Below are positions 41,694-52,554 of a stretch of 64,000 nt of DNA, piece after piece. The stretch is from positions 34 through 64,033 of the forward strand of contig JBEGVG010000064.1 of NCBI GenBank assembly GCA_041178445.1, given 5' to 3'. The position numbers and the translations under genes were made by a program. Below the pieces are notes generated by a model that saw only the letters and a program-made list of their open reading frames with translations, did no database searches and was not told the origin of the DNA. The stretch's first letter is position 1, and every line of letters begins with the position of its first letter. Source of the DNA: Pseudomonadota bacterium. Lineage in GTDB: Bacteria; Pseudomonadota; Alphaproteobacteria; Micropepsales; Micropepsaceae.

Positions 41694-42296
41694 ATGGAAC
41701 GCATCAAGGAGCTGGCGCGCGCTGTTGTTTTCGGGCTGACCGGCTATCGCCCGCAACAGGTTTCGGCCGAGACCTGGGACCGGGAGTATCGCGATGGCCA
41801 GTGGGAATATTTGCGCAAGATGGACAGCCTGGCGGGGCTGGTCTCCATCCTGGGTTATTGCCAGTTCTTGAATCCGGCTTCGATTCTGGATGCGGGCTGC
41901 GGCGAAGGCCTGCTGGCGGAGAAACTCAAGATCCTGCCTTACAAGACCTATCTCGGCATGGATGTCTCCCGAGAGGCCATCGCGATTGCCACAAACCGGC
42001 TGGGCGATGATCGCAGCCGCTTCACCGTCGCGGACGCCTGGGCGTTTGAAACCGATGAGCATTTCGACGTCATCGTCTTCAACCAGAGCCTTTACTATCT
42101 GACTGATCCCGCCGGCATTTTGAAAAAGTATCGCGCCATGCTGAACCCCGGCGGGCGCATCATCGTCTCGATGGTCGACAATGCCCGCACCCGCGCAGTG
42201 TGGCGGCTGATCGATCCGGTGTTCGGAATCGAAGACGCCATGACCACCATGCAGGGCAAGGGCACCGTCGTCACCAAGGTGATGCAGCCGAACTGA
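41694..42296 (+). CDS. Class I SAM-dependent methyltransferase
   Basis: ILDAGCGEG, GMDVS, FDVIVFNQSLYY. Confidence 0.88.
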   Translation: MERIKELARAVVFGLTGYRPQQVSAETWDREYRDGQWEYLRKMDSLAGLVSILGYCQFLNPASILDAGCGEGLLAEKLKILPYKTYLGMDVSREAIAIATNRLGDDRSRFTVADAWAFETDEHFDVIVFNQSLYYLTDPAGILKKYRAMLNPGGRIIVSMVDNARTRAVWRLIDPVFGIEDAMTTMQGKGTVVTKVMQPN

Positions 42297-42297
42297 T

Positions 42298-43719
42298 CTA
42301 ATGAGACGGGCGTGCCGCGTGATCGGCCAGCACCTGGGCGATGGAGGCTGCCAGCTTCTTGGCAAAGGGGATGTGCAGGAATTCATTGGGACCATGGGCG
42401 TTGGAATGCGGCCCCAGAAGACCCGTCACCACGAATTGCGTACCGGGGAATTTCTCGCCCAGCATGGCCATGAAGGGGATCGAGCCGCCTTCCCCCTGAT
42501 AGGCGACCGGCTTGCCGAAGGCGCACATACTGGCCTTGTTCAAGGAGGCTTCCAGCCACGGCGCCAAGGTCGGCGCATTCCAGCCATTCTCGCCGCGCGG
42601 CGCGTTGAAGGTCACTTCGGCGTCATAGGGGGGACTATCTTCCAGCACCTTCTTGACGGCGAGGCGCGCTTTCTCCGCATCGCCGGTGGGCGGCACCCGC
42701 AAGGAGAGTTTGGCCACGCTGTAAGGCAACAGCACATTGCCGCCATCGGCGGGCAGCGGATAACCCGCCATGCCCGTCACTGCCAGTTGCGGCCGCCAGG
42801 TCTTTTCCAGGATCAGCTCGGCCCCACCGCCCGCCATGGGCTTTGTGTTTCCGGCGAAGGGCAGTTCCGACCAGACTTCATCGCCCAGAATCTCGGCCGC
42901 CTGTTTGGCCTGGGTTTGGCGGTCCTGCGGGATCTCGACGAACAGTTCGGGCAAGGTCATGCGGCCCGTCGCTTCGTCCTCGATGCGTGACAGCAGGCTG
43001 CGCAGGATGCGGAAAGAGGATGGCACGATGCCGCTGGCCGCGCCCGAATGCACGCCTTCGCTCAAGACGCGCACGCTGAGATTGCCGATCACCATGCCGC
43101 GCAGCGACGTGGTGAGCCACAACTGCTCGTAATTGCCGCTGCCCGAATCCAGGCAGACGACAAGATCGGGCGTGCCGATCCGCCCCGCCAGATGGTCGAT
43201 ATAAAATGGCAGGTCGGGCGAGCCGGATTCTTCTGACGCCTCTATGATGATGACGGCGCGGTCGTGCTTTACGCCCTGTTCCTTCAGCGCCAGCAGCGCG
43301 GCAAGACTGGCGAACATGGCATAGCCGTCATCGGCGCCGCCGCGACCAAACAGCTTATCGTTCTTGCGCACCGGCACCCAGGGCCCGGTGCCTTCGGTCC
43401 AGCCCTGCATTTCCGGCTGCTTGTCGAGATGGCCGTACATGAGAACGGTGCCGGATGCGTCCCCGGGTACTTCTATGAAGATCAGCGGCGTGCGCCCGGG
43501 AAGCCGCACGACCTCCAGCTTGCTGCCGGGAAGCTGGCCCAGCTTGGACTTTGCCCAGTCGGCGAACATGGTCACGGCCTTTTCCATATGGCCGTGTTTT
43601 TCCCAGTCCGCATCGAAGGCGGGGCTCTTGTTGGGAATGCGGATGTAATCGGTGAGGACCGGGATGATCTCGTCTTCCCAGATCTTCTCCATGAAGGCGG
43701 TTACTTTTTTGAAGTCCAT
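42298..43719 (-). CDS. M20-family metallopeptidase/dipeptidase
   Basis: YGHLDKQP, GRGGADDG, EESGS, GGSIP, NAHGPNE. Confidence 0.93.
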   Translation of the reverse strand: MDFKKVTAFMEKIWEDEIIPVLTDYIRIPNKSPAFDADWEKHGHMEKAVTMFADWAKSKLGQLPGSKLEVVRLPGRTPLIFIEVPGDASGTVLMYGHLDKQPEMQGWTEGTGPWVPVRKNDKLFGRGGADDGYAMFASLAALLALKEQGVKHDRAVIIIEASEESGSPDLPFYIDHLAGRIGTPDLVVCLDSGSGNYEQLWLTTSLRGMVIGNLSVRVLSEGVHSGAASGIVPSSFRILRSLLSRIEDEATGRMTLPELFVEIPQDRQTQAKQAAEILGDEVWSELPFAGNTKPMAGGGAELILEKTWRPQLAVTGMAGYPLPADGGNVLLPYSVAKLSLRVPPTGDAEKARLAVKKVLEDSPPYDAEVTFNAPRGENGWNAPTLAPWLEASLNKASMCAFGKPVAYQGEGGSIPFMAMLGEKFPGTQFVVTGLLGPHSNAHGPNEFLHIPFAKKLAASIAQVLADHAARPSH

Positions 43720-43751
43720 CGCGTCAGTACTCTATTGAATCAAAAACCAGA

Positions 43752-43853
43752 TTGTCATGGCCCACCGAGTGTGGGCCATCCAGTTGAGGTTTGCTCAACA
43801 CTCTCCGGGCAATCTGCGTCACCTGGGTGGCCCGCATTCGCGGGCCATGACAA
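43752..43853. repeat. GTCATGG REP-like doublet
   Basis: TTGTCATGGCCCACCGAGTGTGGGCCATCCAG ... CTGGGTGGCCCGCATTCGCGGGCCATGACAA. Confidence 0.85.
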
Positions 43854-43865
43854 TAGAGCTGAATT

Positions 43866-46121
43866 CTACCGGTTGATATCATAGGCCGCGATCACCGCGG
43901 CATTATAAATCTCGCTCATCTTGGCGCCCAAGGGCGCGATCTGAACCGACTTTTCCAGCCCGACCAGCATCGGGCCCATCACACTGGCCCCACCCATCTG
44001 CTGCAGCAGCTTGGTGGAAATCGAGGCGGAATGAACCGCCGGCATGATCAGCACATTGGCGGTTTCGGTGATGCGGGCAAAGGGATAGAGCGCCAGCCTG
44101 TCCTTATCCAGAGCGACATCGACCGCCATTTCGCCGTCATACTCGAAATCCACGCCGCGATTTTCCAGGATCTGCACCGCTTCGATGATGCGCTCGCTGC
44201 GTTCGCTGCGGGGAAAGCCGAAAGTGGAAGATGCCAGCAGCGCGACGCGCGGCGTCAGGCCAAAACGTGTGGCCACGGCGGCGCCCTGCACCGCGATATC
44301 GGCCAGCTGGTCGGCGGTGGGCATTTCCGTCACCGAGGTGTCGGCGATCAGCACCACCCTTCCCTTGGCAAAGATCACCTGCATGCCCATGGGCCGCTGG
44401 CCCGGCGGCGGATCCAGCACGGTGCGCACATCGGCCAGGGCATTGGCGTAATTGCGCGTCACGCCCGTCACCATGGCGTCGGCGTCACCCGCCTTGAGCA
44501 TGGAGGCGGCATAGATGTTGCGGTCGTTGGTCACCATGCGCGCGGCGTCGCGGTGCAATCCGCCGCGGCGCTGGATGCGCTTGTAGAGCGCGTCGATATA
44601 GGCGGCGGCGTCCTGCGCCGAATGCGGCACGCGAATTTCCAGAAGATTCTCGTCCAGGCCGGCGCGCTTGAGACCCTGCTTCACGATATCGGTACGGCCG
44701 ACCAGGATCGCCTTGCCCATGCCGGAATTCTGGAAGGCGGCGGCGGCGCGGATCACCGAATCTTCCTCGCCCTCGGCGAACACCACCCGCTTGGGCTTGG
44801 CGCGCACCGCATTGGTCACCATCTGGAACAGGCCCGCGCTGGGGTCCAGCCGCGCCGACAGTTCGTACTGATAGGCGTTGAGGTCCGCAATCTGGCGCTT
44901 GGCGACGCCCGACTTCATCGCCGCTTCCGCCACCGCCGCCGACACGCGGCTAATCAAACGCGGATCGAAGGGCGAGGGGATGATATATTCAGGACCATAG
45001 ACCGGGCGCGCCCCGCGATAGGCGGCCGCCACTTCGTCGGGCACGTCCTCGCGCGCCAGCGCCGCGATGGCTTCGGCGGCGGCGATCTTCATTTCCTCAT
45101 TGATTGTGGTGGCGCGCACATCCAGCGCCCCGCGGAAGATGTAAGGGAAGCCCAGCACATTGTTGACCTGGTTGGGATAGTCGCTGCGCCCGGTGGCGAC
45201 GATGACATCGCCGCGCACCGCCTTGGCATCTTCCGGCGTGATTTCCGGATCGGGATTGGCCATGGCGAAAATGATCGGCGAGGAGGCCATGGAGCGCACC
45301 ATGTCGGGGGTCAGCGCGCCCTTGGCGGACAGGCCCAGGAACACATCGCAGCCCACCATGGCATCGGTGAGTGTGCGGGCCTTGGTATCCACCGCATGGG
45401 CCGATTTCCACTGGTTCATGCCTTCGGTGCGGCCGCGATAGACCACGCCCTTGGTGTCGCACAGAATGATGTTCTCGCCCTTGACGCCCATGGATTTGAG
45501 AAGCTCCAAGCAGGCGATGCCCGCGGCCCCGGCGCCGTTCACCACCACCTTGATGTCGACCAGCTTGCGGTTGGTGAGGTGGGCGGCGTTGATCACGCCG
45601 GCGGCGGAAATGATCGCGGTGCCATGCTGGTCGTCATGGAACACCGGAATGTCCATCAGCTCGCGCAACCGTTCCTCGATGATGAAACAGTCCGGCGCCT
45701 TGATATCTTCCAGGTTGATGCCGCCGAAGCTGGGCCCCAGATAGCGCACCGCATTGATGAACTGCTCGACATCCTTGGTATCGACTTCCAGGTCGATGGA
45801 GTTGACGTCGGCGAAGCGCTTGAACAGCACCGACTTGCCTTCCATCACCGGCTTGGAGGCCAGCGCCCCCAGATCGCCAAGCCCCAGGATGGCAGTGCCG
45901 TTGGAGATGACCGCCACCAGATTGCCGCGCGTTGTGTATTCCCAGGCGAGCTCGGGGTTTTCGGCGATGCACAGCACCGGCACCGCCACGCCCGGCGAAT
46001 AGGCGAGGCTCAGGTCGCGCTGGGTCGCCATCGGCTTGGTGGGATTGATTTCCAGCTTGCCGGGCTTGGCGCCGGAATGAAAGGCAAGGGCTTCGTCGTC
46101 GGTGAAAGTCGGGCGTGACAT
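43866..46121 (-). CDS. maeB: NADP-dependent malic enzyme with PTA domain
   Basis: [34 protein letters not shown]; true start MSRPTF at 46121. Confidence 0.97.
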   Translation of the reverse strand: MSRPTFTDDEALAFHSGAKPGKLEINPTKPMATQRDLSLAYSPGVAVPVLCIAENPELAWEYTTRGNLVAVISNGTAILGLGDLGALASKPVMEGKSVLFKRFADVNSIDLEVDTKDVEQFINAVRYLGPSFGGINLEDIKAPDCFIIEERLRELMDIPVFHDDQHGTAIISAAGVINAAHLTNRKLVDIKVVVNGAGAAGIACLELLKSMGVKGENIILCDTKGVVYRGRTEGMNQWKSAHAVDTKARTLTDAMVGCDVFLGLSAKGALTPDMVRSMASSPIIFAMANPDPEITPEDAKAVRGDVIVATGRSDYPNQVNNVLGFPYIFRGALDVRATTINEEMKIAAAEAIAALAREDVPDEVAAAYRGARPVYGPEYIIPSPFDPRLISRVSAAVAEAAMKSGVAKRQIADLNAYQYELSARLDPSAGLFQMVTNAVRAKPKRVVFAEGEEDSVIRAAAAFQNSGMGKAILVGRTDIVKQGLKRAGLDENLLEIRVPHSAQDAAAYIDALYKRIQRRGGLHRDAARMVTNDRNIYAASMLKAGDADAMVTGVTRNYANALADVRTVLDPPPGQRPMGMQVIFAKGRVVLIADTSVTEMPTADQLADIAVQGAAVATRFGLTPRVALLASSTFGFPRSERSERIIEAVQILENRGVDFEYDGEMAVDVALDKDRLALYPFARITETANVLIMPAVHSASISTKLLQQMGGASVMGPMLVGLEKSVQIAPLGAKMSEIYNAAVIAAYDINR

Positions 46122-46241
46122 CTGTTCCCCTGCCTGCTGCTTTATGGTTCTGGGTGGATTTTCCACAGAATAACAACTCGCCCGCGCTTTGCACCAAGCT
46201 TCGGTGACGCGCCGCCTTTTGGGCTCTGCTAGGGTTGCCGC

Positions 46242-48914
46242 ATGAGCGAGATGGATTTCGGTATACAGCCAGATGTCAGCGGGTCGGGCGATGCCACCCC
46301 CATGATGGCGCAATATCTCGCGCTCAAAGCTGCGCATGCGGACTATTTGCTGTTCTACCGCATGGGCGATTTTTACGAGCTCTTCTTCGCGGACGCAGCA
46401 AAGGCCGCCGAAGCGCTGGATATCGCGCTCACCAAACGCGGCAAGCATCAGGGCGAAGACATCCCCATGTGCGGCGTGCCGGTGCATGCCGCCGAGTCCT
46501 ATCTGGAAAATCTGATCCGCAAGGGCCACCGGGTGGCGGTGTGCGAACAGGTCGAGGACCCGGCCGAAGCCAAGAAGCGCGGCGCCAAGTCGGTGGTCAG
46601 GCGTGAGGTGGTACGGCTGGTGACGCCGGGCACCCTGACCGAGAATTCGCTGCTGGAAGCGCGCAGCTCCAACCTGCTGGCGGCGTTGGGGCGCAGCGGC
46701 GCGGACTTCGCGATTGCCAGCGCCGACATGTCGACCGGCGAGTTTTCCGTCGCTGCCGTGGGGCAAGGCGAGATCGCCACCGAGCTTGCGCGGCTGTCCC
46801 CGCGCGAACTTCTGATCCCGGATTCGCTTCTGGCGCAGGAAGAGCTGGCGGCGCTTTTCAAGTCGTTGGGCGCGGCGCTGTCGCCGCTGCCTGCCAGCCG
46901 GTTTGATTCCGCCAATGGCGAGCGCGCCTTGAAGGCGCATTACAACATCCTGTCGCTCGACGGGCTGGGCGCCTTTGCCCGTGCCGAACTGTCGGCGGCG
47001 GGCGCATTGATCGCCTATCTGGAATTGACACAGAAAGGCCGCAAGGTCGCGCTGCAGCGGATCGCGCGAATATCGCCGTCGCATTTCATGGGCATCGATG
47101 CTGCTACGCGGCGCAATCTGGAACTGACGCAGACCCTGTCGGGGCAGCGCGGTGGTTCGCTGCTTGCCGGAATCGATCGCACCGTGACGGCCTGCGGCGC
47201 GCGGCTCCTGGCGGGACGCCTGGCCGCGCCGCTCACTGATGTGGCGGCGATCGCATCGCGCCACGACGCGGTGGAAGCGTTTTCGAAGGATTCCGAGTTG
47301 CGTCGCAAGGCGCGCGAAGCCTTGCGCGCCGCGCCCGATATTGCCCGCGCGCTGGGACGTCTGTCGGTGGCGCGCGGTGGTCCGCGCGATCTTGCCAATC
47401 TGCGCGATGGCGTGAAGGCGGCACGCGGTCTTCGCGATGGATTGAGAAAAGAATCGCTGGGTGGCGAAGCGCTGAGCGCGCTCGAAGCACTGACCCAGAA
47501 TATCGCGGCGGTATCGCGCCTGTCCGACCGGCTGGAATTCCTGCTGGTGGACGAGCCGCCCTATCTGGCGCGCGATGGCGGCTTCATCAAGACCGGCGCC
47601 CATGCCCCGCTGGATGAACACCGCGCCCTGCGCGATGAATCCCGCCGGGTCATTGCCGGGCTGGAAGGCAAATACCGCCAGTCCAGCGCCGTCGCCCAGC
47701 TCAAGATCAAACATAACGGCGTGCTGGGCTATTTCATCGAAGTCAGCCAGCAACATGCCGACAGGCTGATGGCGGACAAAGACACGTTCCGCCATCGCCA
47801 GACCATGGCGGGGGCGGTGCGTTTTTCCACCGATGAGCTGGCGTCGCTGGCCTCGCGCATCAGCGAAGCGGGTGAAGCCGCGCTGGCGCTGGAATCCACC
47901 CTGTTTGACGAAATGGTCATGCTGGCCACCCTTCATGGCGAAGCCCTGTCAGCCATTTCTGATGCCTTGGGCACGCTGGATGTCGCCGCCAGCCTGGGCG
48001 AACTGGCGATCGCGGCGCGCTATGTGCGTCCCAGAATCGATGGCGGGCTTTCCTTCGACATCCAGCGCGGCCGCCATCCCGTAGTGGAAGCGGCGTTGCA
48101 AGCGGCCAATGCCGGGCCCTTTGTGCCCAATGATTGCGATCTGGGGCCGAAAGCCAAAGGGCGGCTGTGGCTGGTGACCGGCCCCAACATGGCGGGCAAA
48201 TCCACCTTCCTGCGCCAGAATGCGCTGATCGCCATCCTCGCCCAGATGGGCTCGTTCGTGCCGGCGGAAAGCGCGCATATCGGCGTGGTAGACCGGCTGT
48301 TTTCCCGCGTCGGTGCCGGCGACGATCTGGCGGCGGGCCGCTCCACCTTCATGGTGGAGATGGTCGAGACCGCGGCGATCCTCAATCAGGCGACGCCGCG
48401 TTCGCTGGTGATACTGGATGAGATCGGGCGCGGCACCGCCACCTATGACGGCCTGGCCATCGCCTGGGCGGCGGCCGAGCATCTGCACGAGACCAACAAG
48501 AGCCGTGCGCTGTTCGCCACCCATTATCACGAGATGGTGACGCTGTGCGAAAGGCTCAAGACCATGGCGCCCTACACCATGAAGGTGCGCGAATGGAACG
48601 ACTCCATCGTCTTCCTTCATGAAGTGGTGCCGGGCATTGCCGACCGGTCCTACGGCATTCATGTCGCCAAGCTGGCGGGTCTGCCGTCCGCCGTTATCAC
48701 GCGGGCGGAAGAAGTGCTGCGCGCGCTGGAAGAGGGGCGCGAAGGCCACAAGCCGCTGGCGAAAATTGACGACCTGCCTTTATTTGGCGCTAACGCGCCA
48801 GATTCCAAAAAAAGTGAAGTAGAAGAAGCACTGAAAACCATCGAGCCCGATGCCCTGACGCCCAAACAGGCGCTGGAAGTGCTTTATGACCTCAAACGCA
48901 AGCTGCCGTCCTAG
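46242..48914 (+). CDS. mutS: DNA mismatch repair protein MutS
   Basis: [42 protein letters not shown]. Confidence 0.99.
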   Translation: MSEMDFGIQPDVSGSGDATPMMAQYLALKAAHADYLLFYRMGDFYELFFADAAKAAEALDIALTKRGKHQGEDIPMCGVPVHAAESYLENLIRKGHRVAVCEQVEDPAEAKKRGAKSVVRREVVRLVTPGTLTENSLLEARSSNLLAALGRSGADFAIASADMSTGEFSVAAVGQGEIATELARLSPRELLIPDSLLAQEELAALFKSLGAALSPLPASRFDSANGERALKAHYNILSLDGLGAFARAELSAAGALIAYLELTQKGRKVALQRIARISPSHFMGIDAATRRNLELTQTLSGQRGGSLLAGIDRTVTACGARLLAGRLAAPLTDVAAIASRHDAVEAFSKDSELRRKAREALRAAPDIARALGRLSVARGGPRDLANLRDGVKAARGLRDGLRKESLGGEALSALEALTQNIAAVSRLSDRLEFLLVDEPPYLARDGGFIKTGAHAPLDEHRALRDESRRVIAGLEGKYRQSSAVAQLKIKHNGVLGYFIEVSQQHADRLMADKDTFRHRQTMAGAVRFSTDELASLASRISEAGEAALALESTLFDEMVMLATLHGEALSAISDALGTLDVAASLGELAIAARYVRPRIDGGLSFDIQRGRHPVVEAALQAANAGPFVPNDCDLGPKAKGRLWLVTGPNMAGKSTFLRQNALIAILAQMGSFVPAESAHIGVVDRLFSRVGAGDDLAAGRSTFMVEMVETAAILNQATPRSLVILDEIGRGTATYDGLAIAWAAAEHLHETNKSRALFATHYHEMVTLCERLKTMAPYTMKVREWNDSIVFLHEVVPGIADRSYGIHVAKLAGLPSAVITRAEEVLRALEEGREGHKPLAKIDDLPLFGANAPDSKKSEVEEALKTIEPDALTPKQALEVLYDLKRKLPS

Positions 48915-49354
48915 TCCAGCGCCTTGCGGAAATAGACCACGCGCTCGGTTTCGGTGAAGCCCAGCGCCTGATGCATCGCGTGAGATGCCGCATTGTCCAA
49001 CAACGCATCCGAGGCCAGTTCGCGCAAGCCTTTCGCTTTTGCCCAGTCCGTCACCGCCGCGATCAGCGCGCGTGCTACGCCGCGCCCGCGATAGTCGGGA
49101 CGCACAAAGATGCCTTCGACAAAAGCCACCGGAGACGTCTCGCAGCCATTGACGTGATCGCGCCGGATGGCGGCCTCGGCAAAACCCACCACGGCTTCGC
49201 CCTCGCGCGCCACCAGCACCAGCAGATCGGGCTGGCCCAGCATGCCGGGTGCTTCCCGGGCCATGATCTGTGGCTCTTCGTCCGGCCATAGCGCGATGCG
49301 CAACGCCACCCATTGGGGGATCATCTTCGCGTCACACTTCTGTATGTGCGCCAT
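48911..49354 (-). CDS. GNAT acetyltransferase, aminoglycoside 6'-N-acetyltransferase type I family
   Basis: [49 protein letters not shown]. Confidence 0.88.
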   Translation of the reverse strand: MAHIQKCDAKMIPQWVALRIALWPDEEPQIMAREAPGMLGQPDLLVLVAREGEAVVGFAEAAIRRDHVNGCETSPVAFVEGIFVRPDYRGRGVARALIAAVTDWAKAKGLRELASDALLDNAASHAMHQALGFTETERVVYFRKALD

Positions 49355-49402
49355 GCGCCGCCTCTTGCCGGGAATTGGCCATAATGCCAGCATCGGCGCA
49401 CC

Positions 49403-49876
49403 ATGAGCAGCCCTGCCAATCGCGCGCCCAGAAAATTCCTGGTGATGATCGACAAGACACCAGAATGCGCCGTGGCGCTGCGCTTTGCCGCGCGCCGCGC
49501 CCAGCATACCGGCGGCCGCGTCACCCTGATGTGCGCCGCGACCCTGCCGGATTTCCAGCAATGGCGCGGGGTCGAAGAGATCATGCGCGACGAGGCCCAT
49601 GCCGAGGCCGAAGCCCTGCTGCACGAGGCCGCCAAAACGGTGAACGAGCTGGCGGGCATACTGCCCGAGCTGGTGATCCCTTATGGCCTGGTCACCGACT
49701 GCCTCCTTCAGCTTCTGAAGGAAGACAAGGACATCTCCATCCTGGTGCTGGCCTCCGCCGCCGGCAAGGAAGGTCCCGGTCCGCTGGTCTCCATGTTCGG
49801 GGCGGCGGTGCAGGCGATTCCCGTGACGATTGTTCCTGGCAACTTCACGGCCGAGCAGATTGACGCTCTGGCCTGA
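49403..49876 (+). CDS. Universal stress protein
   Basis: FLV.ID...EC..ALRFA, ILVLA...GPGPLVS, PVTIVPG. Confidence 0.9.
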   Translation: MSSPANRAPRKFLVMIDKTPECAVALRFAARRAQHTGGRVTLMCAATLPDFQQWRGVEEIMRDEAHAEAEALLHEAAKTVNELAGILPELVIPYGLVTDCLLQLLKEDKDISILVLASAAGKEGPGPLVSMFGAAVQAIPVTIVPGNFTAEQIDALA

Positions 49877-49894
49877 CCGGCCGATAAACCCGCC

Positions 49895-50083
49895 ATGGGA
49901 AACTTTCTTGTCGCCGTGGCCATCGGGATCGTCTTTGTCGTCCTGTGCCTGGGCCTTTACACCCTGATGAAGGGCGGCGACACCGCCCGCAGCTGGTCCA
50001 ATAAACTGATGCGAATCAGGGTATTAGCCCAATTTGTCGCGATCATTATCATCATGATCGTGGTCTATCTGTCCCAGCGTTGA
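49895..50083 (+). CDS. HIG1-like twin transmembrane small protein
   Basis: SNKLMRIRVLAQFVAI. Confidence 0.88.
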   Translation: MGNFLVAVAIGIVFVVLCLGLYTLMKGGDTARSWSNKLMRIRVLAQFVAIIIIMIVVYLSQR

Positions 50084-50137
50084 AGATTCAGCGCGCCGCT
50101 TATATGTAAGCGGCCTTCAAACCCGCAAAGTAGAGCC

Positions 50138-51535
50138 ATGGCCAAGACGCTGTACGACAAGATCTGGGACGCCCATCTGGTGGATTCCACCCCCGGCGAG
50201 ACCCCGGTCATATATATCGACCGTCACCTGGTCCATGAGGTCACCAGCCCCCAGGCCTTTGAAGGCCTGCGCCTGGCAGGCCGCAAGGTGCGCCGCCCGG
50301 AACTGACCCTGGCGGTGGCCGACCACAACGTCCCGACCAAGGACCGCGACCAGGGCATCACCGATCCGGAAAGCCGCGCCCAGGTCGAAGCCCTGAAAAA
50401 GAACACCAGCGATTTCGGCGTCGAATATTTCGCGATGGACGATGTGCGCGCCGGCATCGTGCACATCATCGGGCCGGAACAGGGCTGGACCCTGCCGGGC
50501 ACCACCATTGTCTGCGGCGACAGCCACACCTCGACCCATGGCGCCTTCGGCGCGCTGGCTTTCGGCATCGGCACGTCCGAAGTCGAACATGTGCTGGCGA
50601 CCCAGACCCTGCGCGCCCAGCCCTCCAAGAACATGCGCGTCACGGTGAGCGGCAAGCTGCCCGAAGGCGTGACGGCGAAAGACATCGCGCTGGCGGTGAT
50701 CGCCAAGATCGGCACCGCCGGCGGCACCGGCTATGTCATCGAGTATGCCGGCGACGCCATCCGCGCGCTGTCGATGGAAGGGCGCATGACCCTGTGCAAC
50801 CTGACCATCGAGGGCGGCGCTCGCGCCGGACTGATCGCGGTCGATGATGTCACGCTGGATTACGTCAAGGGCAAGCCGCGCGCGCCCAAGGGCGCGGCCT
50901 TCGAAGCCGCCGCCATGTACTGGCGCACCCTGAAGTCCGATCCCGACGCCAAGTTCGACGCCGAAGTGACGCTGGATGCGCGCGACATCGTGCCGATGGT
51001 GACCTGGGGTACTTCGCCCGAACAGGCGCTGCCGATCACCGCCAATGTGCCCGACCCGGCCCTGATGACCGACGCCCACAAGCGCGACGCCGCCGAACGC
51101 GCTTTGGCCTATATGGGCCTGACCGCCAACATGAAGCTCACCGACATTCCGGTGGATCACGTCTTTATCGGCTCCTGCACCAATGGCCGCATCGAAGATC
51201 TGCGCGCCGCCGCCGCCGTGGCCAAGGGCCGCAAGGTTTCGGCCGGTGTGAATGCCATCGTGGTGCCGGGCTCGGGCCTGGTGAAGGACCAGGCCGAGGA
51301 AGAAGGCCTGGACAAGGTGTTTCTGGAAGCCGGCTTTGAATGGCGCGACCCGGGCTGTTCCATGTGCCTGGCCATGAACGCCGACAAGCTGCAGGAAGGC
51401 GAACGCTGCGCCTCCACCTCCAACCGCAATTTCGAAGGCCGTCAGGGCCGCGGCGGACGTACGCATCTGGTGTCGCCCGCGATGGCGGCGGCGGCGGCGG
51501 TGACGGGCCACCTGACGGATTGGCGGACGCTTTAA
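50138..51535 (+). CDS. leuC: 3-isopropylmalate dehydratase large subunit
   Basis: [42 protein letters not shown]. Confidence 0.99.
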   Translation: MAKTLYDKIWDAHLVDSTPGETPVIYIDRHLVHEVTSPQAFEGLRLAGRKVRRPELTLAVADHNVPTKDRDQGITDPESRAQVEALKKNTSDFGVEYFAMDDVRAGIVHIIGPEQGWTLPGTTIVCGDSHTSTHGAFGALAFGIGTSEVEHVLATQTLRAQPSKNMRVTVSGKLPEGVTAKDIALAVIAKIGTAGGTGYVIEYAGDAIRALSMEGRMTLCNLTIEGGARAGLIAVDDVTLDYVKGKPRAPKGAAFEAAAMYWRTLKSDPDAKFDAEVTLDARDIVPMVTWGTSPEQALPITANVPDPALMTDAHKRDAAERALAYMGLTANMKLTDIPVDHVFIGSCTNGRIEDLRAAAAVAKGRKVSAGVNAIVVPGSGLVKDQAEEEGLDKVFLEAGFEWRDPGCSMCLAMNADKLQEGERCASTSNRNFEGRQGRGGRTHLVSPAMAAAAAVTGHLTDWRTL

Positions 51536-51541
51536 TCTTAC

Positions 51542-51604
51542 TTGTCATGCCCGCGAAAGCGGGCATCCATCGGGCTTGGATTCCCGCCTGCGCGGGAATG
51601 ACAA
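51542..51604. repeat. GTCAT...ATCCA / TGGATTCCCGC...GGGAATGAC REP-like doublet
   Basis: TTGTCATGCCCGCGAAAGCGGGCATCCA ... TGGATTCCCGCCTGCGCGGGAATGACAA, between convergent genes. Confidence 0.9.
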
Positions 51605-51607
51605 AGG

Positions 51608-52549
51608 CTAATTGCGATACAGCTCGGTCCGATCACCCATGATCGCCAGCCAGGTCTCGCGCAGTTCCTGTTCAAACACCGTGCGGGAGAATTGCGCCGC
51701 CGTGGCGCGGCCCGCTGCGATTTTCGGATTGGGCTGCGCGGACTCGTAAAGCCGGCAGGCGTCACGCAGCTTTTCGACGAAAGCATCATGGTCGCCTTCG
51801 GCGATCCAGTCGCCATTGTCGGGGGTCGCATATTCGGTGCCGCCCTGGCCGGTATAGCCCACCACATGACAGCCCGACGCCATGGCTTCCAGGTTCATCA
51901 GCCCCAGGCTTTCCAGCAGCGGCAGCGCGGCATAGACCGCGCTCTGTCCCATCGCCTGCGCGCAATCGGCGCGGCTCATATTGATCAACGGCACCCATGG
52001 CACATGGGCATATTCCGGCACGCGGGCCTGGAAGTAGCCCTTGAGAAACAGCGCCTCGATCATCCGCTTGTGCGGTCCAAAGGCAATCTGCAGGCGCTTT
52101 TCGCCGGGGGCAAAATAGTCCGGCACCGCCGGGCGCACCCGCTTGATGGGCTGGGGCACGCCGATGGCTTTCAGGCGCTGGGCGCTGAAATCGCTGGGCA
52201 CGATGAGGCGCGTCAGGGGGTAAGTGGCCAGTTCGGCGATGCTGTCAAAACCGGCGAAGGTGTAGAAGAACGCCTGGTGATGCAGAATCTTGATGCAGGA
52301 CAGATTCTTCAGCTCTTTCAGCAGCGGCTTGTGATCCTCGCCCACCACCACGATATCGTCGCTGAGCAGCGGCGCGCCGGCACGCACGGCGGGCACGGTG
52401 AATTTGGCAAAGCCGTCGGGCGCGCCGACATAATAGACCTTGGCGTTGAAGCCCATCGCATTCAGGGCGGCGATATGTTCCAGCGACACGAAATGGCCGC
52501 CGCTGACCGGCGGCAGGGTGAAGACGTAATAGATCGTGTTCTTCGCCAT
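51608..52549 (-). CDS. GT-B fold glycosyltransferase-like protein
   Basis: PPVSGG N-terminal loop; LESLGLMNLEAMASGCHVVGY.G.GG.EY. Confidence 0.75.
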   Translation of the reverse strand: MAKNTIYYVFTLPPVSGGHFVSLEHIAALNAMGFNAKVYYVGAPDGFAKFTVPAVRAGAPLLSDDIVVVGEDHKPLLKELKNLSCIKILHHQAFFYTFAGFDSIAELATYPLTRLIVPSDFSAQRLKAIGVPQPIKRVRPAVPDYFAPGEKRLQIAFGPHKRMIEALFLKGYFQARVPEYAHVPWVPLINMSRADCAQAMGQSAVYAALPLLESLGLMNLEAMASGCHVVGYTGQGGTEYATPDNGDWIAEGDHDAFVEKLRDACRLYESAQPNPKIAAGRATAAQFSRTVFEQELRETWLAIMGDRTELYRN

Positions 52550-52554
52550 AGGCC

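Noticed and set aside
46122-47936. Apparent 600-aa N-terminal extension of maeB
   Set aside because: It is the antisense frame of mutS; maeB homology starts at MSRPTF (46121).
50138-51604. leuC without adjacent leuD
   Set aside because: Split leu genes are common in alphaproteobacteria.
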